Notes: generated from the sequence alone by a model not told the origin. A stretch of DNA of 64,000 bases from Lama glama (GCA_028534125.1 CM052823.1:18724001-18788000), one strand, 5' to 3'. Counted from the stretch's first letter, positions 14,305 to 27,615 are shown. Made by a program: numbers and translations.

Positions 14305-14655
14305 ACCTTAGTCAGCTCAAGCTGACTATAGATTGGGTGGCTAAAATAACAGAGAGACATTTCTCACAGTTCTGGAGGCTGAGAAGTCCAAAATAAAGCC
14401 AGCAGACTCAGTATCTGGTGGGGTCCCTCTTCCTGGCTTGCAAAAAGCTACCTTCTTACTGTGTCTTCAGTTAGTGGAGAAAGAGAGAGAGCTCTGGTCT
14501 CTTCCTCTTTTTTAAGGACCCTATTCCTATCATCAGGGACCCCACTGTTATGACCTCATTTAAATCTATTTCCCAGCAGCCCCACCTCTAAATACTATCA
14601 CGTTGAGGGGTTAAGGCTTTAACATAGGGATTTGGAGGAAACACAAACCATGCAT
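14305..14655 (-). mobile_element. MLT1A0-like MaLR LTR
   Basis: tttctcacagttctggaggctgagaagtcc..ccccacctctaaatactatcac. Confidence 0.85.
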
Positions 14656-15361
14656 AAAATTAAGGAAAATGGAGAGAGGAAATTATTTGCCAAGGCTTTG
14701 TAGTGGGAAGGAGTAAGGTAAATCATGAGGACATAAAGACTCCTCCATGCTACTGTAGAGAGGTGGGAAGTAGATGCTGTGGTGATACGCTGGAGAAGCA
14801 GGAGTGGACAGTCAATAAAAAACTTTTTAGACCATGTTGAAGATGCTGGTCAAAGAAATCATTGAAGTTATCTTAAACATAATGTTATGTGGCCAAATCT
14901 ATTGTACAAGGTCATTCTAATGGCTGTGTAATGACCAGATTAGAAAGAGGGAAGAAGGGAAGTGGGAAAGAAGGAAGAGTTTTCATTAGTCCAGAAAGAG
15001 ATCCTAGGAGTTTGAAATAGAGTGGAGGTGGGGTGATATTGAGGACTGAAGAGTGGGTAATGGATTGGATTTGGGTTGGAATAGGAAGAAGAGTTTCCTG
15101 CTTCACTGACTAATATTAAAGATCCCAGCCTATGGATGAAAGATTTGATGTAAAGTTTTTGAATGGTCTTTTAAAGGGCAACACTTTATTGAAAGATAAA
15201 TTAATTCGTTTATTCAAAATGTATTTATTGAATTCCTAATGACAAAAGTAGTGGTCATATAATAATAAACAATAGACAGATGCAATTCTGCTCTTATAGA
15301 ACTTGCAGCCTAATAAGGGAGAACAAATAAATAGATTAAATGATCTTAATTATGATAACCC

Positions 15362-15831
15362 TGAATCATTTTCCTGTGGCTACCATAACACATGACCACA
15401 AACTTGGTGGCTTAAACAATAGAAATTTATTCTCTTACACTCCTGAAGTCCAAGAAGTATCACTGGGTTGAAATCAAGGTGCCAGCAGGGCTGAGGTTCT
15501 TTGAAGTTTCTAGGGGAAGAAACCACTCTTTGCCTCTTTGAGCTTCTAATGGTTGCTTGCATTCCCTAGTCTGTGGCCTCATCACTCTAATTTCTGCCTG
15601 CATGGTCTCTGTCGCCTCCCTGGCTGTGGTAAAGTCTTCCTCAGCCTCCCTATTACAAAGACACTTGTGATGGCATTTAGGTCTCATCTTGGGAACTCAG
15701 GATAATCTCCCCATCTCAGGATCTTTAACTGGAACACAGTTGCAAAATCCTTTTTTGCCACATAAAGTGACACATATTACAGAAATTAGAGCATGGATAT
15801 CTTTTGAGCTGCTATTTTTAAGCCTACCACA
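15362..15831 (-). mobile_element. MLT1C-like MaLR LTR
   Basis: ccacaaacttggtggcttaaacaatagaaatttattctc..ggataatctccccatctcagg..gcctaccaca. Confidence 0.85.
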
Positions 15832-17732
15832 TTCCCTATGAAGGAAATAAACTTGAAACTATGATGAAGAATAATGATAAGGATTTACCTGATGGCTGGA
15901 TGGTAATGATAAGGACGACTAGAAAGCTAAATTGAAGAGATAAACTGAAACCTGATCATTTAGGGCCTTGTAGGTGTCCAAATTTTATTCTAAATTCATC
16001 GGTAACTCATCCAAGGAATTGAATTAGAAAGAGGATGTAATTTGATTTACATGTTTATAAAGATAATTGTAACTGCTGTAAAGAAAATTGATAGGAGATG
16101 AATGGCAATGGAAGCAGGGCAACATGCCAATGGGCTACTGTGGTCATAAGGGTAGGAGAGAATGATGATTAGAACATGGTGGTGACAGTGGAGACGTAGC
16201 ATCATGGACAAAGTGGAGATTCCCATTAGAGATAAAATTATATGTATTTAGATTGATTAGGTGTAGAGGGCGAGAAGAATAAAGAGGAATAAGGGGTGAC
16301 ACTTAGATTTCTAACTTTAACAATTAAATAGCTGACGGTGTTACTCACAGACATGGGGAAGGGAAATGCAGAAGGGAATAGAAGTTCTGCCTTGGAAATG
16401 GGAATCTCAGATGACCATGAGGCTATGAAGCTGTCAAGTAGGCAGAGGGTGAAGAGGTTTAGATCTCAGGGTAGAGATATGGGACAAAAATATAAATGGG
16501 GGGATATTTAGTATAGAGATATAATAATTAAAACAATGAGAATGGATTAAGTCACTTAGAAGGAGTTGTATGGAGAGTCCAAGGCAAAACCTTGAGAAAT
16601 TCCAATACTTAAGTTTAGATAATGGAGGAAAAAGCCAGCAAAAGAAAGTTAGAGAGAATGACCAGTGACAGAATGGGAAACACCCAGAAGAGGATATTGT
16701 CATGGAAGTCAAGGAAGGGGAGTGTTCCATTAAAGAGGAAAGAAAGGACGTGCCCTTTGTATTTGGCAACATGAGAAGAGCAGTTTCACTGGAATGATGG
16801 GACTGAAGCCAGGGTGGACTGATGAGCTAATGGGAGAAGGAAAATTGTGGATACGAGTGAGGAAATTGAGACAGCAGAAACTTTTCTGGAAGTTTTTCTG
16901 TGGAGGGAATCAGAAAATAAGAGATTTAACAAGGCAGAGACTTTAATTCTAAAGGGAGATACCACTAGGGTACAGTTGTATATTTTCTGAATAGGGATAA
17001 TACAATAAAGAGGAAGAAAGTCAGTGACATAGTGAAAAAATACCTAAATTAGTCCCCTGGTGACTGTGTAATGGAGTAAAGGATTAGCACACTTTTCAGC
17101 AGTCCCATCAACTCTCCATCTCTCTGATTTCCACCTGTGTTCTGACTGTCCCCTGGGAAGGAGACAGAGCTCTTTTACTGTTAACCAAAGAGACCATGTC
17201 TATCTGAGAGGCTATACCATACCTGATAGCTTTCTTAGCAGTCACTTTCATTTATTTGCTCTTTCCACTTAAGAAGTCCTGAAGGTTCTTTTATGAATTA
17301 AGAGGAATTTTCTTAAAATCATTTTTGATTTCATCCCCATACATCACATGTCTTGCTAGCAATAATTCGGCCAGCTCTGTTTCCTGGGTTCCAGCATGAG
17401 GTGCAATGGGAGGGCGGTACTAGTCATCAGATGTTCCCAGGTGCCTTTAGAACAGGAGTAGTCCAAGACGTCACACACAGCACCCCCACCCCACTGCCCC
17501 TCCCTGTCCTCTTCCCCTCCTCCACGTGTAGCTCCCCACAGTATAGCACTCCATGCTTCATCCTATCTAAAGTTGGACTATTTTCCGCAGGTAAATCTAT
17601 AGGCAGGCGTTTGGCTGGAGAGGAGCCTTCAGAGCATTGAACACTCCAGCCTCCAGCCCCCAGCTTTACCTCTTCGCTCTCCTGCCTCGCGACGAAAGAT
17701 GTCAGGGCTTGACTGCCAGCCTAGCCACTTAC

Positions 17733-17898
17733 TGCTCTGATACCCCAATCACTAGCTTCCTTGTCTTCTTTGTAAAAATAAAATTTAAAATGTGCCTGAA
17801 GTATAGGAGGTAGTTGTTACTAGCAGATGTCGAGGAAGAACTGGAGATTGTGGCTGTGCTCCACGAAGACATAGAATTCGTATTTTCAGTGACTCAAG
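17733..17898 (-). pseudogene. RGS-like pseudogene exon (RGS repeat 4)
   Basis: ctaac branch point with cag acceptor, gtaagt donor; LSH*K..HNLQFFLDIC ~ FGHR..NDLYFFSEM; ILNFIFTKKTRKLVIGVSE ~ IIQKLFLNSDIPPKLRVNVPE. Confidence 0.7.
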
Positions 17899-18108
17899 CT
17901 GCCGTGTCATTGGGAAGGGATAAGGTTAGCAGAGGACAGAGCTCTCTTTCCTCTGTCCATTCCTTTCTGGGGTTTGAATTTGAACAGTCCTGTGATTTGT
18001 AAGTACCACCCCTTATGCTCCCCGTGTTAACCTTGAACGTCCCCATTCAAAGAATCTGGTGATTACCTCCCCATGCCAAGGAGAGCGTATGTGACAGGGG
18101 ACCAGGAA

Positions 18109-18126
18109 AGGTCAAGGTCAAGGTCA
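18109..18126 (+). promoter_or_regulatory. Triple AGGTCA direct repeat (two overlapping DR0/TCAAGGTCA nuclear-receptor sites)
   Basis: aggtcaaggtcaaggtca; motif only. Confidence 0.3.
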
Positions 18127-19010
18127 TATTTTACCAAAAAGATTAGAAAAAAAAGCCCCAAGGTCCAGGCCATGTTCCCAAAGATTCTCACCTGAAAAAC
18201 AGACATAAAACAAAAGACATGGTTTTTGGTGTTTGGTTCTGAGAGTTAAAACATATAGTAGGTCAAACGTCCATTGTTGCAACCACAGGACAAAAATCAG
18301 GCTTGATAATGATGTTCATGAACCTGTGACATGGCAGTGCCCCAGAGGAACCCAATTAAGTGTTGCAGTTAAGAGCCAGCTGTCCCACGGGTACAGATTC
18401 TGACCTGTGTGCACACTGAGGCGGTTTGGAAACACTTCTAATCCTGGGTGAGCTTGGCAACTCAGCCATTCCTAGTGACAAAATCAACAACCCCAAGGAG
18501 AGTACTAATGCCAGACTTAACTACCTTCATCACAACCTGGCCACAAGGGAATCGGCATTTATATTTTGGATACTTGTATTTCAAATAACAATTTTAGCTT
18601 AGGAAAACAAATCTTTGATCATGGGGAAAGCTTTTTATTTTTTTTTATAACTTCTCTAGCAATGGTAGAATCCCTTATCTCAACAGTACACATTTAGACT
18701 TGCCTAGAATATTCTGTATTTTTCTAAGATACGCTCTTGTTTAGTTGTTACCTTAACTGCTGGGATGACAAGGCGGGGTGATGTTTAGAACCCTTATAAT
18801 GATGGGCGACTGGAGTGTAGAAATGGGAGTGACTTTCCTCTGTTGAAGAGTGTTCTGAAATGCAGGGCTGACATTCTGATTCTCAAGTAAGGACTACATA
18901 CTCCTCTTATAAGCAGGGATATAACTTTCCAACTACTAGTAGGTGAAGCTGAAAGCCCATAGTCTTTCTACAACACTTCAAAGGAGAATCTGGATCAACC
19001 AAGATGATAC

Positions 19011-19335
19011 CTGTTTTGAAATGTAGCTATGAAGCCACTTCCCATATATTCAGAGGCCATAAGCCAGACTGCATACTCCTTAAGCTCTCTAGTATGTCCC
19101 TCCTCCTGTTGCTTTTCACTGATCAGTTAGCATCTACTTGGGAAGAAGCCAAAATAAGCAGAACAAAGATAGTGACACGGCAGAGAGAGGACATCCCAAC
19201 CAGGGACACTGCCCCTAAATGCTCTACTTCAAGGGTGTGTTTTGTTTGTTGTTGGCTTCTCTTTCATTCCCAGAGAGAGCCCTTCAGAGCCTCAGCAGAT
19301 GCCACTTTCAACTGTGGTTTCATGCAGAGGATGAC
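19011..19335 (-). pseudogene. RGS-like pseudogene: two candidate exons (19335 to about 19215; 19136-19011)
   Basis: Acceptors cttttgacag and cttcttcccaag, donor AG|gtatca; phases fit the neighbouring exons; MKPQLKVASAEAL weakly resembles LNPSKRQEFEDYL. Confidence 0.5.
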
Positions 19336-20599
19336 CTGTCAAAAGTGCGTGGAGTAAATGCAAGTGAAATGGAGCAGATACTGTAAGCTGCCAGGAGAGC
19401 AGAGGCTGCACTTTATTACATGACCAGATTCTGACAAGGGAAAACCAGAAGGCTAGGAATCCAAGTGGCCATGGTGACTTGGCAGCTAGGCCTCAGGCCA
19501 TGAGGCAGGACACCAGGGTTCAGGCAGACAGCATTTCACTGAAGCTCCAGGTCAGCTGAATCATAATGGAATATGAGATGGGAAATACAAAACCAGGTCA
19601 GATGCTCCATTTAGCCGGGGCCAGAGAAAGACCACAGTATTCCTTGAGACTTCTTCTCCAGTGTTCCTCAAGGCCAAGCAGCACCTAGAGGGCCCAAAGG
19701 GTTTTAGCAATTCTTGGGGAGGATAGTCCCTGCCCATCAGAATGAAAGCATTCCTGGACATTCAGGAGCCAGTTTCCCAGGTCAGTTGTACCTCTTGCTC
19801 TGTGTCCTTAAATCACAACCAGTGGCTTACCTTTCCTCCTTGGTGTTTGCACCTTTCAAATATTTACTCTTTCTTCTTTATTCTCAGGCTCTCTCATGGC
19901 CTAGGTCAAGTCATTAATGAGTGAACAAATGTTTGCCAAAATGTATGTCTCTGTGTTAGTTACTGAGCAGGGAATACAAAAGTTAGGGGCCACTGGCTCT
20001 TCCCACAAGGGGGCCTTTTCAACGTGCTCTGGTCGGTATACATCACTGTTGTCACTGTTATAAGATAAGATAGTCGAGAATAAATACCAAATAAGAGGAC
20101 ACAGTGGTGTAGTCTTAGAAGCTCAGATTGCTGAACTGATTAGACAGAGTAAATCAATGTTGACTCATTGAGGTCCAATAGGGCTTTCTTTTAACTGCTG
20201 AAGTGGTCGTATTTCAGGTGTGTGTACAAATACAGAATGACTCTAATTCTTCCTCCTTGTTATGCTATCATAAGCATTGGAAGAGGAAAATCATCTATGA
20301 AACAGTTGCTTGGTGAGCACTTATCCTAAAAACTAGTTTAGTTTCTTGGGGGTGGGAGATGTGGGAGAGGATGGGCTGGAGGACTGAGCCAACTCAGGCA
20401 GCCAAACCTAAGAGATCTTTAGCATATTAATTATGCTTTGCCTTATATCGATTTTTGAAGCCATCTTATTTGTTAGGTTTATGTTCTTGGCTTCCTAGAA
20501 TAGTAGCTTGCTCATCTTAATGTATCACATTGCATCTAGTACATTGCTTACCTTGTAGGGGCCAATCTACAAAGGTCTCTGAGCCTCTGGGCACACGGT

Positions 20600-20950
20600 T
20601 CCCCTTCCTGAAAGCTTCTCCTAGCACCGCTTATTCCTGAAACTTTTGCTAGACTAACTCACGTCTTCCATTTTCAGGTTAGACATCACCTCCTCTGGAA
20701 GGCTTACCTGATCCTCCCTGCAGATGTTCTAGCTAGGCATTCCTCTGCTGGGTTCCCACAGCATCCTTTCATCTTCCTGGGCAAGACACTCATATCACTG
20801 AATTATGGCTTCTTCCACTGCGTTGTAAACTTGATGGCAGGAACGGGGTCTTGAGTTCACATGCCCAAAACAATGTCTGGCCCAGCGTGGAAGCTCAATA
20901 AAAAAATCACTGTTTTAATGAATGAATGCATGAAAGAGTGAATGAATAAA
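20600..20950 (+). mobile_element. L2 3' end
   Basis: catcacctcctctggaagg..gctcaataaa..(aatg)n tail. Confidence 0.75.
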
Positions 20951-21729
20951 GGTAGATATCATGGAGGCATAGAAACAAATGTTTTGGTTGTGTTTTGAGC
21001 TCCTTTTCTATCCCCCAAATCTGCCCCCTTCTTTTGGCAATGGGGTTCCTCTCATCTGCCTCCACCTGGGAGGTCTCATTTGAGTGATTTGCAAGGAAGA
21101 AGTACAACCTTCAGGATGTTTATTAGACCATCCTCTCCCACTGTACTGGCTGTTACTTCACAGAGGTGGAAGACTGGGCAGGTTACGACTCACAAGAGTC
21201 TTCCCGCTGTGGCTCTCTTTCATTTCCAGCCAATTGACAAATCCGTATTGACTTTTCTCAGTGCACGTTCACTGTTGCACTTGGCTTAACAAAAATCTTT
21301 ACAGCCACCCTCTGATTGAATTTCTACTGTTTTGCCAACTTACGTGTGAGGGAACTGTGTTATGTAACGTGCAGGAGTTCAGGCCAGGCTAGTGACAAAG
21401 ATCATTTTTGAACGTGAAGCCTCTGGGTTTACAGGTTGTGGCAGGCTGTTCCCCAGCTGCCCTGGAGGTCTCAGTTCATTGTCTCCTGTCAGTAAGGAAT
21501 GAATGGGGGAAAATGTCTCCCGAGTTTGGGTTCCTATTGCTTTCTTGGAAAACAAATACCGGATTTTTACAGCTCCTAATTTATTAGCCAAGCCAGCTTG
21601 CTGAGTGACTTTGAAAAGTTTTGGAACCAGCTGCTGCATTAACGGTGGTCACAAAGAGGAGAAAATGGGACCATTCACAATGTCAACGCTGATTTCCTTT
21701 CACCTCTCACCACCACTCGCATCCCATAC

Positions 21730-22413
21730 CCATCTCCTAAAAGGCATGGCCATCTCTCAGAATCTTTAAGGTATTAGAATGCTTTTTTTCTTCTTGGTCT
21801 GGGATATCTTGGATTCAACTTTCCCTTCTGCCAGGCTTTACATCTCATCAGAATAGGCACCTTGCCGCCCAGAACTCCCCCTTCTTCGTCTCGCCAAGAT
21901 TTCTGAAATTCCTCCAACCAGGAACAAAACCTTCCTTTAGCAATCAGTAGGAAGTTTTGAAATCAGGGACAAGAAGCCAACTGATTCAATTAGATATACA
22001 TCAAATTTGTCCCTAAGGCTGGGGTTTCATAGTGGACAGGGAATCTAGAGGTAGATACTGGTTGTTCTCAAAGACAGAGAGGAAAGGAATAAGACCAGAG
22101 AGGTTGTCATGCCCAAACATTGTCCCCAGACAGCTTTCTCACAACAGTGTTCACCTCTGTATCTCTTTTGTCGTCAAACATCACCGTGAAGAAGAAAGTC
22201 ATGGAATCATTGTGTTCCTTTTGCAGGAACTCACAGACACAGCGGGAACAGCGGCACAAGTGGCCAGTCAGCAGTGCACACCCAGCGCGGCTGAAGCCTT
22301 CCCGCTTTGGGGTTATACAAACATGGAGGAAACAAAAGGCAGAAACCACTCACCGTCTTTATTTTCGACACATAGCAAATATTCTTAACCTGCAGGCCGT
22401 GTTTTTTAGCTGT
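21730..22413 (-). pseudogene. RGS-like pseudogene exon cluster (RGS repeat 3): 22354-22413, about 22115-22305, about 21730-22066
   Basis: Donors ACG|gtgagt and TGG|gtatgg; CEFLQKEHNDSMTFFFTV..DKRDTEVNTVVRKL ~ FREFLKERKAKIPLQFLTAV..EKICKSLIENVIKTF; LLIAK..WLEEFQKSW ~ LLTLQ..WFKDYQDLF; KKAF*YLKDSERWPC/FRRW ~ KKGWMRMISFIRSFCKYRRF. Confidence 0.75.
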
Positions 22414-22874
22414 CTGAATAGGGTTTCTCCAGGGCAATGGCCTTCTATTCATCTTGCTCTCCCAGAACCTAGCACTGCCTGGTGTTCATTATGTGCATAG
22501 TAAATGCTAATTTTATGTTGCTATTTATTCCCTTTGCAATCCTTTGTATTTAATTTAAATAGGGCCTCTAAAGTTTTCACATTGTATTTGTAAAATGTAA
22601 GGGTGTGTCATGAAATCTTTGTGAATTATTTTGTCTTTTTATCTGGAACAACTCTCTTATTTGTGACACATTCTCTTTTCCTTAAGAAAATCAGCTAGAT
22701 AATGTATGTGGAAGAACCTAAATACCTCCAGAGGTAAATGCCACATTTAAGCTATTATCACTACTGCCATTCTTAATATTTTATGAAGAATGATACCAGA
22801 GTATTTTGCTTCACTAAATTTAGTGTGGCTGCATGTCTTTGCTCACCCAAGACAGTAGCATGTGTGCCTATTGC

Positions 22875-23345
22875 CTTGAAGTAATTAATAGATCCTCTTT
22901 CACTCTCAGAAGTGTCCCTGTTTGGACAGTTGTTGAAAGTTGAGCTAAGCTACTGCACAATATTGTTGCCTCAGCTTCTGTTCTGTTTGGCCAAGCAGCC
23001 TGCCGGGACCTTAAACTGACAGTAGCCCCTCTTGCGAACACACGCTCCAGACAGCAGCCACAGAGGCACAAGCAAATGTGAGCCCTTGATATGACTTCCC
23101 CAAGAGACTTGTGATCCACAATCTCGGCTGCCTCCCAGCACCTGTATGCCCACGCGTCCCGTAGATAAGACCCCTGTGGGACTGACCAAAATCCTGCTCT
23201 TTCGGTTTGGATTGACCAGTCTGGTTCTAGCCTGGGAACCCGAAAGCACTCCACCCGTGAATGCTATTAAAGACATGTGCCCCAGGTCCTGCAGCTCCCG
23301 CTGTCTGTGCTCTGCCGGGACTTCCCTGTGCGGCCCCTCCAGGAC
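22875..23345 (-). pseudogene. RGS-like pseudogene exon (end of repeat 2b plus linker)
   Basis: Acceptor cactcacag; VLEGPHREVPAEHRQRELQDL ~ MLSPWYDEFLDEEDYWFLLF; ERVFARGATVSL ~ TEDLKQGGSLQV; NIVQ*LSSTFNNC ~ MAIQKISDDYKIYC. Confidence 0.6.
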
Positions 23346-24441
23346 CTGTGAGTGACACACTTGTCTACTTCATTTTCCCTGGTGGCCAGTTGTTGAACTG
23401 TGGCTCAGCATCTGGCACCCAGTGTTCCATTTAACAGACGTAAATTTAACAAAGTCGTAACAACAATAAATTACACAGTCACTGTAAAGCGTGTGGAGTC
23501 AGATGACTTAGATGATAGTCCCAGACTGTCCATTTGTGACCTCTCACTAGCATTTACCAACCCCTTGATCTCAGAATGGTAAGTCCCACTATCTTAGCTA
23601 AAGCAACTTTATCTTCCTTTACCCAAGTCCTTGTCATCTTATAAACCATTTCATCTTCCTTCCCTTAATCATTTGCTCTTATAGCACCATTTTATTTTCT
23701 TCAGAACACTAATCAGTACATAAAATCTTATTATTTGTGTGTTTACTGTATTTCTCTTCACTCCTTGCCCCTCCTGCACACATAATTGTAAGTCCTTAAG
23801 CATGGATGTTGTCTTCATCCCACTGGTAGTCCTGGAACCTAGACGCGTATACTAGACGTGAAATAAAAATTTGATGGCTGACTAATTAAAGTCAAAGGCT
23901 TTTTTAATGCTAAAGAGGGTAGATATTAATAGGAGAAGTTTTGATATTTATCAGAACAGTTGTACTCCTTCATTGTGGTCCGATTGAGTTAGAACAAATC
24001 AAGTGGTTGACATTCAGCCTAGCTGAGTCGTAGAAGAGAGTTGGCCAGATGCAAAGAATAAGAGAGCAAAGTTATTTTCTATAGAAAAGGTCAGCCTTCT
24101 CTTCTCCCACGTGGAGATGGGCGCACTTTCTTCTTGGTATTTCCCCTTAATGGGATGTCTCTGTACCAAGCCGACTACTTTTCCTTGAGGAATGTCTTTG
24201 AAACACGCACTAATATCATCAAATGAGATTCATCTTCCCTTCCCGTTTTAGCTGTTAATTAATGTTTTGGTTTTATCAAAGAAATCTGCCATTGTCGCCA
24301 TTAACTAGGAGGGGAGATCAACTTTGAGTTTCCTTTTGTTGGTGAAAGAAGTTAAAGGCAAGGGACAGATAATAACCTTCTAAATCAAATCCATTTGGAA
24401 GTATTTCCTCTTAGAAAAGTAGATTTTGTAGCACTGGTGAA

Positions 24442-24948
24442 TGAGATGGTTAATTTTATGTGTTAGCTTGATTAGGCTAAGGGGTGCCCAGATAGCTGGT
24501 ACAATATTATATCTGGGTGTGTTTGTGAGTGTTTTGGGGTGTGTCTGTATCTGGGTGTGTTTCTAGAGGAGATTAACATTTGGACTGAGTAAGCAGATCA
24601 CCAATGCTGGTGGACATTGTCTAATCCACTGAGGGCCTAAGTAGAACAAAAAGGTAGGGGAAGGGCAAATTTGTTCTCTGCTTGAGCTGGGACATCCATC
24701 TTCTGCCTCAAACATCAGTGCTCCTACTCCCTGGGCCTTCAGACTCAGACCAGGACTTTATACCATTGACTTCCCTAGTTCTCAGGCTTTTGGGTTTGGA
24801 CTAGAACTACACCACTGGCTTTTGCAGGTGGCAGATGGTGGGACTTCTCAGACTCTATAATTGCACACACCAATCTCTCATAATAAATCTGTATCTGTAT
24901 GTATCTATCCTTTTGGTTCTGTTTCTCTTAAGAACTCTGACTAAGACA
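24442..24948 (+). mobile_element. MLT2B-like ERVL solo LTR
   Basis: tgagatggttaattttatgtg...ttggttctgtttctcttaagaactctgactaagaca termini. Confidence 0.9.
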
Positions 24949-25299
24949 ACCTACACTGGGCTAATGAGAAAAGGAAAATACTTTGATAAGTTATAGTATA
25001 GCTGACTCACTGTGATAGAAGTTTTCATGATAATTTTTTGAAATTTTATCCTTTCTCATAAAGGAGTATATATATTCTATTTGTTAGCTTGCTTTAAAAT
25101 AGTACAGGAACCGCTGGTTATATGTGACTCAAATGTCATGTGGAGAAATTGGACGAAAGCTAAGGAGATAGTCTGGGCTTTAAAATTCCACATATTGTTA
25201 TTCTCTGTAAGTCCTAAGTTCAGACTTCACCAGATTTTAACTAGAAGGGGAAGTCACATTTCCATTTACAACCACATTACAAGGACACCAAGGAGGAAA

Positions 25300-26080
25300 C
25301 TCGTACCCCTCATGGTATCCTGTGGTTATTTCTCCTAAGTTCCCAAGGAGAAGCTTTCCTTGTACAAGGCGACCTGTTAGCAGCAGCAATAGTTTGTGAC
25401 CGCTATGCTTTTTCTTTCCTAATTGAAAACCGGTCTATGGTCTCCAAGAAGCAGCTTGACGGGTCATTTCTTTGTGAGAAATTCAGTGTCCAAGCCTGTA
25501 GTAGACATGATGTGTTAGTTCCCCCTCCTCACAGTTGAATTTCATGTCTCAATATTCATACTCTTACTTTAACGCCCTCCATACAGACCCTGGGCTTAAC
25601 AACATGACTTGCTTTAGCCAAAAAACTATCAGAAATCAAGATTCAGGTAGAGGATTAATAAGTGTTTCTACCAATGTTGGATGTTCAATGTCTTGTTCTG
25701 TTGGAATATTCTTTTTTGGAACCCAGTTGTCATGAAAGAAATGTTACTACCTTGAGCCTACCATACCGTGAGGAAGCCCAGGCTAGTCACATACAGAGGC
25801 CACTGAGGAATCTGGATAATAGTTGGAACCAAAGTGCCAAATGCTTGGCCCCTGTTCAACCATCCCTCACCATTTGAGCCCACCAACTGACAGCTCCAGA
25901 CATTAGGAAGCATAGATAAGCCATCCCTTCTCTGTCTGCCAGAATTCCTGACTCATACAATCATGAGCAAATAAGACAATTTCTTTTTTAAGCCACTAAG
26001 TTTTGGGAGATTGTTAGGCAGCAGTAGATAACTGAAACAAAACCATTGCCTTCAGAGTTCCAGAATGGTGCCAGGTTTTA
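25300..26080 (-). pseudogene. RGS-like pseudogene exon split by an MLT1 LTR (repeat 2b core)
   Basis: With the LTR removed the frame reads ILEL*RQWLGH*IS ~ RGSL1 LLDLWQDLQHFLS; downstream FLETIDRFSIRKEKA..QTIAA..SPCT ~ RGS22 YQETLQPFKVCKQAQYLFATYVAPSAT. Confidence 0.6.
25497..26039 (+). mobile_element. MLT1F/G/H-like MaLR solo LTR with 5-bp TSD AAGCC/AAACC
   Basis: tgtagtag...ttttaagccactaagttttggg..gcagtagataactgaaaca; TSD at 25492-25496 and 26040-26044. Confidence 0.85.
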
Positions 26081-26429
26081 CGTGGGTAAAATTGCTTATT
26101 ATTGAAGGATCCCCAGTCAGAACTTGTTTGGTTTGACTCTCACTGATCTCATTAATTAGGACACATACTCATCAATGAACCAGTCACTGTGGCCAAAGTG
26201 TTTTCTCAGGCCAGGGCTACATATTCATCCCTGGAATGTCACCTGAACCACGGAGATGGATGTATTAGTACAATAAAGGGAAATAGACTTAAGGCAGGCA
26301 GAAAAGATGGATATCCACTGTTAAAACAAACAAACAAAGAATTGTGATGCCAAGTTCTGGTCCATTGTCCAAAATTCCAATTATAGGATATACTAGAGAA
26401 AAGTCATTCTTTCCATTGTAACTTCATGA

Positions 26430-27024
26430 TTCTTTGGCCAAAGAGGAGTAGCTGGAGAGAAGACACATTGGAATCTGATGTAATGCTATTCCATGGTGTT
26501 AGCCACCAAGAGTTCTACTGTATTCACTGCTGCTTTTGGATTTCCAGGTGTCTTCTGCAGCCAAAAGGGCCTTCTTCCATCTTTGGCCAGAGTCCTGACT
26601 CCAAGACTCTTGGACATTGAATTGGCCAAGATAATTTTTGTATCCCCCACAGATACTTTCAGTCACTGAGTTGCTCTTTTTGGGAATGGAATTTGAATGA
26701 AATCTTGCTCTACGTGAAATGCAGAGTTCTCCAATGAGAAAGACAAAGCCCTGGGGTTTGTATTGTTAATTGTTCTCTTGGCCTCACTTCCTGAGGCCAA
26801 GCTGGTTTTAGTTGAGGTGCTAATCCTTTTCTTTAAGACCTAAATTGAAATGGGGCACAGGATAACCAGCTGGCAGTCTTCTCTGCCCTTGAATGAAATC
26901 TTCCTGGCTGCCACACAACTGATAATGCTACAGCCTGGTTGGGCTAAGAGGCCAGGTTTGCTTATAAAAGAGCCCAAGCTTTTCTAACCTCTTTTTCCCA
27001 AGGTCCAGGAATCTAGTCCACAAT
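26430..27024 (-). pseudogene. RGS-like pseudogene exon(s) (linker plus start of repeat 2b)
   Basis: Acceptor aatttcag at 27024; long protein-like frame with stops; KALLAAED/PGNP at 26570-26537 ~ ALCADACAGNP. Confidence 0.55.
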
Positions 27025-27111
27025 CTGAAATTATTAATGGAAAAAAATCCATATTGATTATGTAAATCTGTGTTTGGCAGGTTGTAAGAATAAAGATGTA
27101 GGGTAAACATC

Positions 27112-27615
27112 TTTTGGTTTTGTTAGTCCAGAATCCATATCCTTTATTTCCAATAACAACTCTTAGGATTTATTTTTAAAAATTACCTGTCCCTCACTTG
27201 TAGTATACATTATACAAGATGGATCTATGCCCTACTCCAGGGATAAGCACCTTAACCAGACCCAGCCTAATGATTATATTCTGTTTTCTTGCCATATTAG
27301 TTAGTTCAGAGTTGGATGTTTGATCCAATTTGTACCAATGAGAAGACATTTGTTGCAACTGTTTCAAAAATCTAAGTACTTTTCCTACTGATCATGAAAC
27401 TAGGAAGATGCATCCATTGAGTTAACATAGCAGGCCACTGGACTGGGGGTGATGCCAACAGGAAAGAGAGCAGAATTAAGACATGGAAGGAGAAGGAAGG
27501 ACAGAGACCCAGTCCTAATGACATCAAGACCCCAGCTCCAGCTATGCTTCAAGTCAATTTTTACTTACAAAGGCCAATAATTTCTTTTGTTTTGCAATTT
27601 GAAGCCAAAGATGCA
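27112..27615 (+). mobile_element. Old MaLR LTR (MLT1K/L-like)
   Basis: tgatccaatttgtaccaatgag..gatgccaacaggaaagagagcaga..gtcctaatgacatc. Confidence 0.6.

Larger units (their letters stand above)
14130..17030 (-). mobile_element. L2 fragments including an RT remnant, interrupted by MLT1 LTRs
   Basis: ORF 16434-16772 contains LSDLIHSHCFNYY ~ L2 RT LGDLIHSHGFNYH; attcattcattt tails. Confidence 0.8.

Noticed and set aside
26840-26880. LPAGYP as another AGNP domain start
   Set aside because: A better ALLAAED/PGNP match lies 300 bp downstream; not enough evidence for a further repeat.
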